DNA of 64,000 nucleotides, from the NCBI GenBank assembly GCA_965220745.1, contig CBDCQT010000003.1:128001-192000 (forward strand). Direction: 5' to 3'. A program made the position numbers and the translations under genes. Under the pieces are notes generated by a model, which was not told where the DNA came from, made no database searches, and saw only the letters and a program-made list of their open reading frames with translations. This document shows positions 9,880 through 20,667 of the stretch, in pieces (position 1 is the stretch's first letter; each line of letters starts with the position of its first letter). The DNA is from Alphaproteobacteria bacterium. GTDB taxonomy: Bacteria > Pseudomonadota > Alphaproteobacteria > UBA828.

Positions 9880-11106
9880 ATGGAGCAAATCCTGCGCGGT
9901 GCCCTGATCGCCGGCGGCGACGGCACCCGCCTCGACATCGGCATCGCGGACGGGCGCATCGCCGAGATCGCGCCCATGATCGAGGCCGACGCGCCGGTGC
10001 TCGACCTGGGTGGCCGCCTGGTGGCGCCTGGCTTCATCGAGACTCACATCCATCTCGACAAGGCCTGCATTCTCGACCGCTGCCGCGCGGAGCGGGGCGA
10101 CCTCGCCGAGGCCATCGACGAAGTGGCGCGGGTCAAGCGGGCGTTCACGGCCGACGACGTGAACGCCCGCGCGCGACGCGTGCTCGATGCCTGCATTGTC
10201 CAGGGCACCACCCACATGCGCACCCACCTGGAGGTCGATCCCGGCATCGGCATGCGCGGCTTCGACGGCGTATTGCCGTTGATCGAGGCCTACCGCTGGG
10301 CGATCGACCTGGAAATTTGCGTCTTCCCGCAGGAAGGGCTGCTCAACAATCCGGGCACCGACGAGCTGATGGTCGAGGCGCTGGAGCGAGGCGCCCGCGT
10401 GGTCGGCGCCGCGCCCTATACCGACAGCGACCCCGCCGGTCAGATCGACCGGGTGTTCGAGCTCGCGCGTGAGTTCGACGTCGATATCGACATGCACCTC
10501 GACTTCGGCGAAAGCGCGGACGAGCTTGACCTTGACCAGGTCTGCAGGCTGACCGAACGCTTCGGCTACGGCGGGCGGGTCACGGTCGGCCACGTCACCA
10601 AGCTCTCGGCCGCGACGCCCGAAAACCTGGCGCAAGTGGCGGATCGCATGGCCGACGCGGGCGTCGCCTGCACCGTGCTGCCCGCGACCGACCTCTTCCT
10701 CATGGGGCGGGGCGATGAGGCCAACGTGCGGCGCGGGGTCACACCCGCCCACCGGCTGCTCGGCCACGGCGTCAACTGCTCGCTCTCGTCCAACAACGTG
10801 CTCAACCCGTTCACGCCCTTCGGCGATTGCTCGCTGGTGCGCATGGCGAACCTCTACGCCAATATCTGCCACGTGGGCGCGCGGTCGGAGATGTTGGACT
10901 GCTTCGACATGATCACGCGCCGATCCGCCCGCATTCTCGGTCTTGACGATTACGGCATCGCGGTCGACAAGGCGGCCGACCTCGTGGTGCTGGACGCGAC
11001 CGATCCGGCAGACGCGGTGGCAGCGATTGCGCCGCCGCTTTACGGCTTCAAGCGCGGGCGCATGACTTTCTGGCGCCCGCCGGCGGAACTCCTCGGGCCG
11101 TCGTAG
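9880..11106 (+). CDS. Cytosine/creatinine deaminase-like amidohydrolase
   Basis: PGFIETHIHLDK, GTTHMRTHLEVD, FPQEG, IDMHLDF, GHVT, NNVLNPFTPFG. Confidence 0.85.
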   Translation: MEQILRGALIAGGDGTRLDIGIADGRIAEIAPMIEADAPVLDLGGRLVAPGFIETHIHLDKACILDRCRAERGDLAEAIDEVARVKRAFTADDVNARARRVLDACIVQGTTHMRTHLEVDPGIGMRGFDGVLPLIEAYRWAIDLEICVFPQEGLLNNPGTDELMVEALERGARVVGAAPYTDSDPAGQIDRVFELAREFDVDIDMHLDFGESADELDLDQVCRLTERFGYGGRVTVGHVTKLSAATPENLAQVADRMADAGVACTVLPATDLFLMGRGDEANVRRGVTPAHRLLGHGVNCSLSSNNVLNPFTPFGDCSLVRMANLYANICHVGARSEMLDCFDMITRRSARILGLDDYGIAVDKAADLVVLDATDPADAVAAIAPPLYGFKRGRMTFWRPPAELLGPS

Positions 11107-11261
11107 CGCCGCCGCTGGCCCGACGCGACAGCAGCGAAGATTCGGGCAGCACGACCGCTTCGATCTATGGGCGGGCCGATTCGCGGGCGCGCCGGTATAA
11201 TGGAGCGTCCCCCGGTGCGGCCGGGGGTCTCTCGCGCTCATGGTGGAAGAAGGAATCGCCG

Positions 11262-12314
11262 GTGAGGCGCTGGGGTTACATCGCACTCATCGTCGGCATT
11301 GCGCTGGTCATCGGCCTGGTGTGCTTCCAGGGCGCCGGGGACGTGGCGGCTACCGTTGCCGCGGTGAGCTGGGGCATCGTCGTGGTGGTCCTGGTGCGAC
11401 TCGTGCCGATCATGCTGGACGGCTATGTCTGGCGGCTCCTTTTCCTGGAAGGTCATCGGCCGCCGGTGCTGACGGCGCTCTGGGCACGCTGGATCGGCGA
11501 GGCTGTCAACACGCTGGTGCCAGCGTTCCAGGTGGGGGGCGCCGTGGTGCGCTCGCGGCTCTTGGTCATGCGCGGTGTGCCCGGCCGGATCGCGGGTGCA
11601 AGCGTCGTCGTTGACCTCACCCTCAGCACGATCACCCTGCTGTTCTTTACCCTGGTCGGCATCGGCCTGCTAATGGCCCACCACGGCGAAAGCGATATCG
11701 CGCGCGCCATCGGCTACTGCGTTGCGGGCGGGTTCGTGGTCGTCGTCCTGCTCTGCGTCGTCCAGCAACGCGGATTCTTCGGCTGGATCATCCGCCTGGC
11801 GGCGCGGTTCGCCAGGGGCAAGGCGTGGGACAACGCCGTCGGCGGCGCCGAGGCGCTCGACGAGGCGATCCTGGATCTCTACCGACACCGCTGGCTGTTG
11901 GCGGGGAACGCGGCCGGTCAGCTCACAGCCTGGATGCTCGGCGCCGCTGAGGTCTACGCCGCGCTCTACTTCATGGGCTACGAGGTCAGCATCGCCGATG
12001 CGTTGCTGATCGAGAGCCTGATCCTGGCGACGCGCACTGCGGCGTTCTTCGTGCCGGGCGCGCTCGGCGTGCAGGAGGGTGTGCTGGTGCTGCTTGGCGG
12101 CATGATCGGCCTCGGGCCCGAGGTGGCGCTGGCACTTTCGCTGGTCAAGCGGGTCCGCGAGCTGGTGATCGGCGTCCCCGGCCTCCTTGCCTGGCAGGTG
12201 GCCGAGGGCAAGAACCTTCTTAGTCGCAGCGCCCGGCGCGCGGCGGCAGCGTGCGCGCCGGAGCCGCCGGCCCCCGCCGCCTCTCCCACCAGCCGCTCGC
12301 GGGAAGCTCTCTGA
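11262..12314 (+). CDS. Lysylphosphatidylglycerol synthase TM domain (HpnL-like) membrane protein
   Basis: WIGEAVNTLVP, AFFVPGALGVQEG, ALALSLVKRVRE. Confidence 0.75.
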   Translation: MRRWGYIALIVGIALVIGLVCFQGAGDVAATVAAVSWGIVVVVLVRLVPIMLDGYVWRLLFLEGHRPPVLTALWARWIGEAVNTLVPAFQVGGAVVRSRLLVMRGVPGRIAGASVVVDLTLSTITLLFFTLVGIGLLMAHHGESDIARAIGYCVAGGFVVVVLLCVVQQRGFFGWIIRLAARFARGKAWDNAVGGAEALDEAILDLYRHRWLLAGNAAGQLTAWMLGAAEVYAALYFMGYEVSIADALLIESLILATRTAAFFVPGALGVQEGVLVLLGGMIGLGPEVALALSLVKRVRELVIGVPGLLAWQVAEGKNLLSRSARRAAAACAPEPPAPAASPTSRSREAL

Positions 12315-12389
12315 GCGCTCCGCAACCGCGCAGGCCGGGCGCCATCCACCCACCATCACAAGCAACGACGTGTATCCGGAGACCGAACC

Positions 12390-13376
12390 ATGGGCACGAT
12401 GATCGACGGCGAATGGCACAAGGGTGACAACAGGACCGAAGCCGATGGGCGCTTCGTGCGAGCCACGACCTCCTTCCGCAACGCCGTCACCGCCGACGGC
12501 TCCTCGGGCTTCAAGGCCGACCCGGGGCGCTACCACCTCTACGTCTCGCACGCCTGCCCCTGGGCGCACCGCACGATGATCGTGCGCGCGCTGTGCGGGC
12601 TCGAAGATGCCATCTCGGTCTCTGTGGTGGACCCCTACATGGGTGAGGACGGCTGGCACTTCAGCAAAGGCCCCGGCTGCATCCCCGACAGCGTCAACGG
12701 CACCCGCTTTCTGCGCGAAGTCTACAAGCTGGCGCAGGACGACTACACGGGACGGGTCTCGGTGCCCGTGCTCTGGGACAAGCGGGAGCGAACCATCGTC
12801 AACAACGAATCCGCCGAAATCATTCGGATGCTCAACACGGCGTTCAATGGCTGGGGCGACGGCGAGCCGGACTTGTACCCAGCGGCGCTCAGGGACGAGA
12901 TCGATGCGGTCAACGAGCCGATCTACGAGCACGTCAACAATGGCGTCTACAAGACCGGCTTTTCCCGGTCGCAGGCGGCTTACGAGGACGCCTTCGACGC
13001 ACTCTTCGCGACCCTGGACGACCTGGAGGAGAGGCTAGGCACACAGCGCTACCTGGCTGGTGCGAGTATCACCGAAGCCGATTGGCGGCTCTTCCCCACA
13101 CTGGTGCGCTTCGACGCCGTCTATGTCGGGCACTTCAAGTGCAACAAGCGCCGGATCGAAGACTATCCCAACCTGAGCAACTACCTGCGGGAGCTTTACC
13201 AATATCCGGGAGTCGCGGATACGGTGAACATGGCGCATATCAAGGGCCACTATTACGGGAGCCACGTCAGTGTGAATCCCTCCCGCATCGTGCCCAAGGG
13301 GCCGGTACTCGACTTCACGCGCCCTCACGATCGGGACCACCTTCCCGGCGCGACGGTGCGAGCGGCCGGCGAATAA
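12390..13376 (+). CDS. yqjG: Glutathionyl-hydroquinone reductase (GST Xi class)
   Basis: RYHLYVSHACPWAHR, VPVLWDK, NNESAEI, NNGVYK, LVRFDAVY. Confidence 0.92.
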   Translation: MGTMIDGEWHKGDNRTEADGRFVRATTSFRNAVTADGSSGFKADPGRYHLYVSHACPWAHRTMIVRALCGLEDAISVSVVDPYMGEDGWHFSKGPGCIPDSVNGTRFLREVYKLAQDDYTGRVSVPVLWDKRERTIVNNESAEIIRMLNTAFNGWGDGEPDLYPAALRDEIDAVNEPIYEHVNNGVYKTGFSRSQAAYEDAFDALFATLDDLEERLGTQRYLAGASITEADWRLFPTLVRFDAVYVGHFKCNKRRIEDYPNLSNYLRELYQYPGVADTVNMAHIKGHYYGSHVSVNPSRIVPKGPVLDFTRPHDRDHLPGATVRAAGE

Positions 13377-13493
13377 CCGGGCCGGGTGCGGCGCGGGGTC
13401 GATTGTCTGCGGCGGCCGGCACGCACTATAGTTGCGCCCGGCGGAGTCGGGCAGCGCGCTACGGGCGGGAGCCGCAGGCGGAGGAGACCAGCC

Positions 13494-13811
13494 ATGACGG
13501 TCAGCGCCGCGAAGTTCGAGGTCGGCCAGGTCGTCCACCACCTGAAATTCGGCTATCGCGGCGTGGTCTTCGACGTCGATCCGTGTTTTCAGGGTACCGA
13601 GGAATGGTACGAGCAGGTCGCGCGCTCGCGCCCGCCCAAGGACAAACCGTGGTATCACGTGCTGGTTCACGATGCGGCGCACACCACCTATGTCGCCGAG
13701 CGCCATCTGGAGCCTGACCGGGAGGGCGGCCCCATCCAGCACCGGCTGCTAGCCCAGCTCTTCGGCGGTTTCGAGAACGGCCGCTACCGTACCGTTCGCG
13801 CCATCAATTGA
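13494..13811 (+). CDS. hspQ: Heat shock protein HspQ (YccV-like)
   Basis: KFEVGQVVHHLKFGYRGVVFDVDP, PWYHVLV, TYVAERHL. Confidence 0.9.
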   Translation: MTVSAAKFEVGQVVHHLKFGYRGVVFDVDPCFQGTEEWYEQVARSRPPKDKPWYHVLVHDAAHTTYVAERHLEPDREGGPIQHRLLAQLFGGFENGRYRTVRAIN

Positions 13812-13827
13812 GACCCAGGCAGGATTA

Positions 13828-13897
13828 TGCTGCGTTGCAGCAAGATATTCACTTTAGCGTTGAGTTTGTTACAATCAGTTGTTGTTGCGGCGCAGCA
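13828..13897. promoter_or_regulatory. Two palindromic PhaR-type boxes upstream of panB
   Basis: TGCTGCGTTGCAGCA (13828-13842) and TGTTGCGGCGCAGCA (13883-13897), mutually inverted, fit TGCRNYGCASMA. Confidence 0.5.
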
Positions 13898-13953
13898 TAA
13901 CGCGCCGGGGCGGCCGTAGGTCGCCCGCAGGGCCTCACCAAGGAGGCAGCGAC

Positions 13954-14793
13954 ATGGCCAACCAACGCCTAGTCCGGCGGCTCACCGTCCGCGATATCGC
14001 CCGCGCCAAGGGGGGCGAGCCGATCGTGAGCCTCACCGCCTACACGGCGCCCGTCGCCCGCATTGTCGACGAAGCCTGCGATTTCATCCTGGTGGGCGAT
14101 TCGCTCGGCATGGTGCTCTACGGGATGGATTCCACGGTCGGCGTCACGGTCGAGGTGATGATCGCCCATGGCCGTGCAGTGGTCCGCGCCACCCGACGGG
14201 CCTGTATCGTCGTGGACCTGCCCTTCGGCTCCTACGAGCAATCGCCCGCCCAGGCCTTCGGCACGGCCTCCCGCATCATGGCGGAGACCGGCTGCGCGGC
14301 GATCAAGCTCGAGGGTGGGGAGGAGATGGCTGAGACGATCGATTTCCTCACGGCGCGCGGCGTGCCGGTACTGGGCCATATCGGTCTGATGCCGCAATCG
14401 GTCAACGCGGCCGGCTTCCAGGTTCAGGGCAGGACCGAGGAGAGCGCACGGCGCATCCTCGCCGATGCGCGGGCGGTCGAAGCCGCAGGCGCCTTCGGCG
14501 TCGTGATCGAGAACACGGTCGAGCTGCTTTCGCGCACGCTGACGCAGGAGCTCGCGGTGCCCACCATCGGAATCGGCGCATCGCCGGCCTGCGACGGCCA
14601 GATACTCGTTACAGAGGACATCGTGGGCCTCGCCGGCGCGTTTACACCCCGCTTCGTCAAGCGCTACGCAGAACTCGGTGACGGGCTTGCCGGTGCCGTG
14701 CAGGACTATGCTGCCGACGTGCGCGCCCGGCGCTTCCCCGGGCCTGAGCACACGGCCAACCTGACGGTGCCCAAGGCGAAATCCGAGGCCTGA
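13954..14793 (+). CDS. panB: 3-methyl-2-oxobutanoate hydroxymethyltransferase
   Basis: [34 protein letters not shown]; RBS AAGGAGG. Confidence 0.95.
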   Translation: MANQRLVRRLTVRDIARAKGGEPIVSLTAYTAPVARIVDEACDFILVGDSLGMVLYGMDSTVGVTVEVMIAHGRAVVRATRRACIVVDLPFGSYEQSPAQAFGTASRIMAETGCAAIKLEGGEEMAETIDFLTARGVPVLGHIGLMPQSVNAAGFQVQGRTEESARRILADARAVEAAGAFGVVIENTVELLSRTLTQELAVPTIGIGASPACDGQILVTEDIVGLAGAFTPRFVKRYAELGDGLAGAVQDYAADVRARRFPGPEHTANLTVPKAKSEA

Positions 14794-14967
14794 GGACGGC
14801 AAGAGGCTCGAAGCGAGGGCCGGCTTCGCCACACTCCGAACACAAAGATTTGACAAGACCGGCGCTCATGCACAGATCATGCTGCATGGGTTCGAGCGTT
14901 TGGCTGGAGTCGGCGCTCCGGCCGTTGCGCACCCAGCTTCGGCGGTAGGGACGTGAGGAGACGATCC

Positions 14968-15438
14968 ATGCACAAACTGAAATTCGCGGTGCTCGGGTTG
15001 GCGGCGCTGGCGCTCGCTGCCTGCACCGAAACCACCGGCCAGAAGCAAAGCCTCGGCACGCTGCTCGGCGCGGTGGCGGGCGGAGTCGCCGGTTCGCAGG
15101 TCGGCGATGGCCGCGGCAAGCTGGTCGCCACCGGCGTCGGTGCGCTCCTCGGTGCCATGATCGGCAGCGAGATCGGCGAGTCGCTCGACCGCGCCGATCA
15201 GCTGGCGATGGAGCATTCAGCGCAACAGACGTTGGAGACGGCGCCCGTAGGCACGACGAGCACGTGGCACAACCCGGACAGCGGCAACATGGGTACATTT
15301 ACGCCGACCCAGACATACCAGCAGAGCGACGGGACCTACTGCCGCGAGTTCACCCAGACCGTGACGATCGGCAACCGCACGGAGGAAGCCTACGGCACCG
15401 CCTGCCGCCAGCCCGACGGCAGCTGGCAGATCATCTAG
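14968..15438 (+). CDS. 17-kDa surface antigen-like lipoprotein (glycine zipper)
   Basis: Lipobox LAAC, glycine-zipper segments, [31 protein letters not shown]. Confidence 0.88.
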   Translation: MHKLKFAVLGLAALALAACTETTGQKQSLGTLLGAVAGGVAGSQVGDGRGKLVATGVGALLGAMIGSEIGESLDRADQLAMEHSAQQTLETAPVGTTSTWHNPDSGNMGTFTPTQTYQQSDGTYCREFTQTVTIGNRTEEAYGTACRQPDGSWQII

Positions 15439-15458
15439 CACCGGGCTACGCGCCTCGG

Positions 15459-15501
15459 GGCCGAGCGTTCCGGTCGAATGGTCGATCGGAACGCTCCGGC
15501 C
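15459..15501 (+). terminator. Long hairpin after the lipoprotein gene, possible terminator
   Basis: GGCCGAGCGTTCCGGTCGA-loop-TCGATCGGAACGCTCCGGCC; weak U-tract. Confidence 0.45.
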
Positions 15502-15543
15502 TGAAGTTTTGCGGCGGGAAGATGCTGGTCTTATGATGATTCC

Positions 15544-15795
15544 ATGAGAGAAATTGCCGCGAGAGAAGCCAAGAACCGATTCGGTAATCTGCTGGATGCG
15601 GCGCAGAGTGCACCTGTGCGAGTGACGCGGAAGGGCAGAGCCGACGGTGTGGTGATGTCAGTGCAACAGTACGAGAAACTGCGCGGCGCCGCTTGGGAGC
15701 GCCTGGCAGCGACGGCCGACGCGCTGGGAGAGGAAGCCTCCAAGAACGGTCTAACAGAGGCTCGGCTCGAAGCGCTGATGGCGGATGAAAGTTGA
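15544..15795 (+). CDS. Phd/YefM-family antitoxin
   Basis: AREAKNRFGNLLDAAQSAPVRVTRKGR. Confidence 0.88.
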   Translation: MREIAAREAKNRFGNLLDAAQSAPVRVTRKGRADGVVMSVQQYEKLRGAAWERLAATADALGEEASKNGLTEARLEALMADES

Positions 15796-16207
15796 ACGGG
15801 TCGTTCTGGATTCGAACATCCTGATCAGCGCCGCGCTTCGACCGAATGGGCCGCCGCGTGCGGTCCTGGAAGCAGTCCGCTCCGAAAATGGGGTGCTGCT
15901 GTTTTCCAATGAGACGTTCAGCGAACTGCGAAGCAGTATCCTGCGTCCCAAGTTCGATCGCTATGTGGGGCGAAAGGGTCGTGAAGTCTATCTGGCCCAG
16001 CTCCACGCCGTCGCCGAGTGGGTATCGATAACAGGTGCTGCGCTGGGCTGCCGCGACCCGGATGACGACAAGCTTCTGGAAACGGCGCTGCTCGGAGAAG
16101 CCGATTGCTTGATCACGGGGGACGGGGACCTTCTAGCAATGTCTCCGTTTCGCCGAATGCCGATTCTATCGCCGTCGGCCTTCGCCTCTCTCCGGGAAGG
16201 CCGATAA
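15785..16207 (+). CDS. PIN-domain toxin
   Basis: VVLDSNILISA, CRDPDDDKLLE, LITGDGDLL; overlaps the antitoxin. Confidence 0.88.
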   Translation: MKVERVVLDSNILISAALRPNGPPRAVLEAVRSENGVLLFSNETFSELRSSILRPKFDRYVGRKGREVYLAQLHAVAEWVSITGAALGCRDPDDDKLLETALLGEADCLITGDGDLLAMSPFRRMPILSPSAFASLREGR

Positions 16208-16226
16208 AGGGAGTTGGAGGCGGCGG

Positions 16227-17081
16227 TTGGCGCCTGCAGTCCTGGATAGCGTCGCCCGCCTGCGCGAGGCCGTCGCTGCCTGGCGCGCAGATGGCCTGAC
16301 GGTCGCCCTCGTCCCCACCATGGGGGCGCTGCACGAGGGCCACATGGCGCTGGTCCGGGCCGCGCGTGCGCATGGCGGGCACGCGGTGGTCAGCCTCTTC
16401 GTCAACCCGACCCAATTCGCCCCCGACGAGGACTTCGCCCTCTACCCGCGTCAGCAGGCGGATGACCTCGCGAAGCTGGCCGAGGCCGGGGTCGAGGCCG
16501 CGTTCATGCCGCCCACCGAGGCGATCTACCCGCCGGGCTTCGCGACAACGGTGCGGGTGGAGGGCGTCACCGCCGGGCTGGAAAGCGCCTCCCGGCCCCA
16601 CTTCTTCGACGGGGTCGCGACGGTCGTCACCAAGCTCTTGCTCCAGTGCCTGCCCGATGTCGCCCTCTTCGGCGAGAAGGACTATCAGCAACTCGTCACG
16701 GTGCGCCGCCTGGTCGCCGACCTCGACATCCCCTGCCGGATCGAGGCTGTCCCGACCGTGCGCGCAGCGGACGGTCTCGCGCTCTCCTCGCGCAACGCCT
16801 ATCTCTCGGCGGACGAACGCCGGGCCGCGCCAAAAATCTTCGAGGTGCTGAGCTGGATGGCGGCGACATTGGGCGAGGGCACGGCGTCGGCCGATAGCAT
16901 CGCCCAGGGCACGGCCGCGCTCAAAGACGCAGGCTTCGCCCGTATCGACTATCTCGCAATCTGCGATGCAGAAACGCTCGAGCCGGTCGCGCACGTGGAC
17001 GGGCCGGCCAGGGTGCTCGCCGCCGTCTGGCTGGGCGAGACGCGATTGATCGATAATGTGCCGGTGAGCCCCGCCGGCTGA
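16227..17081 (+). CDS. panC: Pantoate-beta-alanine ligase
   Basis: VPTMGALHEGH, SLFVNPTQF, FGEKDYQQ, GLALSSRN, RLIDN. Confidence 0.95.
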   Translation: MAPAVLDSVARLREAVAAWRADGLTVALVPTMGALHEGHMALVRAARAHGGHAVVSLFVNPTQFAPDEDFALYPRQQADDLAKLAEAGVEAAFMPPTEAIYPPGFATTVRVEGVTAGLESASRPHFFDGVATVVTKLLLQCLPDVALFGEKDYQQLVTVRRLVADLDIPCRIEAVPTVRAADGLALSSRNAYLSADERRAAPKIFEVLSWMAATLGEGTASADSIAQGTAALKDAGFARIDYLAICDAETLEPVAHVDGPARVLAAVWLGETRLIDNVPVSPAG

Positions 17082-17100
17082 CGGCGCCCTCTACGGAGGA

Positions 17101-17265
17101 TCAGTGAGAGTCTCGCGCTCCGCCGTCGATCTCGCCGGGGCCGTCATCCGTACCCTCGCGCCGGCGCGCATCGAAGAGCAGCGTCTTCGCCGACCAGAAG
17201 ATCCCGATCGACAGGATGAGGGTGGCGAGCGCGACCAGCAGCGGCAGTCCAAGGTCCCAAGGCAT
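17101..17265 (-). CDS. Small single-TM protein, 54 aa (below the ORF-track cutoff)
   Basis: Manual translation MPWDLGLPLLVALATLILSIGIFWSAKTLLFDARRREGTDDGPGEIDGGARDSH; GC-rich third positions. Confidence 0.55.
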   Translation of the reverse strand: MPWDLGLPLLVALATLILSIGIFWSAKTLLFDARRREGTDDGPGEIDGGARDSH

Positions 17266-17345
17266 GGGTTGCAAGGCCTTCGATCAACGATCCTGCAGCG
17301 CTGAATAGCCAAGCGCCCCGGCCGCGTCAAGGCGGGGACATCCGC

Positions 17346-17375
17346 TTGACAGGCGAGCCAGTGCCGCCGCATGAT
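17346..17375 (+). promoter_or_regulatory. Sigma70-like promoter of tRNA-Ala
   Basis: TTGACA-18 nt-CATGAT, 36 nt upstream of the tRNA. Confidence 0.55.
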
Positions 17376-17411
17376 CCGGCCCCCTTCGGCCGGGGGTCCG
17401 GCCGCCGCGTC

Positions 17412-17487
<76 letters not shown>

Positions 17488-17652
17488 TCCCTCTCTTTCA
17501 TGCATTCCCAAGGCGTCCCGAAACACCCTGAAAAATCTCCACGCGGACTATCGATTGAAGGTATCGTTTCAGCAAACGCCCCTTATACGCCAAACCTGTC
17601 GCCGACGCTGGCACCGGTGTCCTCGTTCGCGAATGCTCGCATGGTCTCTGGT

Positions 17653-18909
17653 TCAAGCGGGGCTGCCGCGCTGCTCCACCTCGATCCACAGGTTCTCCAC
17701 ACCGCGAAGGACGATACCGTCCCTGTAGCTGGGCTCGTCCGCCAGGCGGATCGACGGGAAGCGATCGAGCAGACCCCGGAAGGCGATGCGCGCCTCCAGG
17801 AGCGCCAGCGATGCGCCGAGGCAGTAGTGAATGCCGCGCCCGAATGAGAGATGGCTCTTTTCCTCGCGCCCGATGTCGAGCGCCTCGGGATTCTCGAACG
17901 CGGCAGGATCCCGGTTCGCCGCACCGAGCAGGGAAATCACCTTCTGACCCGCCCGCAGGCGCTTGCCACCCAACTCCAGGTTCTCGCGGACGACGCGGCC
18001 GTCGAGCTGGACGGGGCTGTCATAGCGCAGCAGCTCGTCGACGGCCGGCTCGAGCAGGCCGGGCTCGGCGCGCAAGCGCCGCAGTTGATCGGGATGGCGG
18101 AGCAAGGCGAGCATGCCATTGCCGATCAGGTTGCGCGTCGTCTCGTTGCCGGCCACCAGGATCAACAGCATGGTGGACAACAGCTCTTCGCGGGTCAGCT
18201 TGTCGCCTTCCTCCTCGGCCGCCAGCAGGGCGCTGACGATATCTTCCCGTGGCTCGCGCTGCCGCGCCTCCACGATGGTCTCGAAGTAGGCGAACAGGTC
18301 TTCGGTCGCACGCCGCACGCCTTCGACCTGCGCAGGGGTGAGGATCGGCTCGACGATGAGTGCGATGTCGTTGGACCAGCCTTCGAAGCGGTCCATGTCT
18401 TCTGCCGGTACGCCTAGCATCTCGGCGATCACCGTGACCGGCAGCGGGTAGCCCAGGGCGGCGATCAGGTCGAAGCGGTCTTGGCCGGCGACCGCGTCCA
18501 GAAGACGATCGGCGATCTCCTGCACCCGTCCGTGCCAGCGCGACACCGAGCGCGGCGTGAACGCCCGAGAGACCAGAGCGCGCAGCCGCGTGTGGTCCGG
18601 GGGATCGATGTCCAGCATGGTCGTCAGACCGACATCGTGAAAGCGGCGATCCTCGGCGGAGAAGCGCTTGTGATCGCGTAGCGCGGCGTCGGCGTCCTCG
18701 TAGCGGGTCAGGACCCAGGCATCGACCAGCCTCATGCGGTGGATCGGATCCCTTTCCCTCAGGCGGCGATAGACCGCGTAGGGATCTCGCGCGACCTCGT
18801 CGGAGACGGGATTGTAGGTGACACCGGACTCGAGCCGCTCGTAGGCGAGCAGCACCTGCATGGCGACGGGCTTGACGAGACTGGCGACAGCTCCCAATGC
18901 ATTGATCAT
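17653..18909 (-). CDS. Cytochrome P450
   Basis: DPPDHTRLR, VAGNETT, ELLR (ExxR), heme motif FGRGIHYCLG. Confidence 0.95.
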   Translation of the reverse strand: MINALGAVASLVKPVAMQVLLAYERLESGVTYNPVSDEVARDPYAVYRRLRERDPIHRMRLVDAWVLTRYEDADAALRDHKRFSAEDRRFHDVGLTTMLDIDPPDHTRLRALVSRAFTPRSVSRWHGRVQEIADRLLDAVAGQDRFDLIAALGYPLPVTVIAEMLGVPAEDMDRFEGWSNDIALIVEPILTPAQVEGVRRATEDLFAYFETIVEARQREPREDIVSALLAAEEEGDKLTREELLSTMLLILVAGNETTRNLIGNGMLALLRHPDQLRRLRAEPGLLEPAVDELLRYDSPVQLDGRVVRENLELGGKRLRAGQKVISLLGAANRDPAAFENPEALDIGREEKSHLSFGRGIHYCLGASLALLEARIAFRGLLDRFPSIRLADEPSYRDGIVLRGVENLWIEVEQRGSPA

Positions 18910-19037
18910 CGACCATTCCCTCACCAGGTGACGACCGCTCACCCATACTAACCCAGGGCCGACTCGACGCAGGCTGAGCACGCCATCGTTGCGCGATCCT
19001 GTCCGCGTTCTTCGGATCGTTCGAAGGATCGCACTCG

Positions 19038-19140
19038 ATGGATCCCGTTCTCGTGGCCGGCATGGCTCATCTCTGGTTCGTCTCGATCCACCCCTTCGAA
19101 GACGGCAACGGCAGCATTGCGCGGGCGATTGCCCGCCGCA
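19038..19140 (+). pseudogene. Fic-domain gene fragment
   Basis: DPVLVAGMAHLWFVSIHPFEDGNGSIARAIA; Fic motif with R to S change; surrounding frame not Fic-like. Confidence 0.75.
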
Positions 19141-19344
19141 CCTTGCGGTCGGATTCTGCCTCTTGGCGGCATGCGGGCACGGGAGTCGGCGGCCGCAAGG
19201 AACCATGCGCCGAGCAGCCTGCGGGGGATCGGCAGCCAGCCTTTCAGACCGGAAGCCCGACACCGCCACGATGGCTGCCGGGGGACAACCGAGTGATGCT
19301 GCAGCGGCTGCCGTGGGAGCGGCTGCGCAGGTAGCGTCCAAACT

Positions 19345-20667
<1,323 letters not shown>

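Noticed and set aside
8206-11286. 1026-aa minus-strand ORF
   Set aside because: Antisense shadow of ureC and the amidohydrolase in high-GC DNA; no motifs
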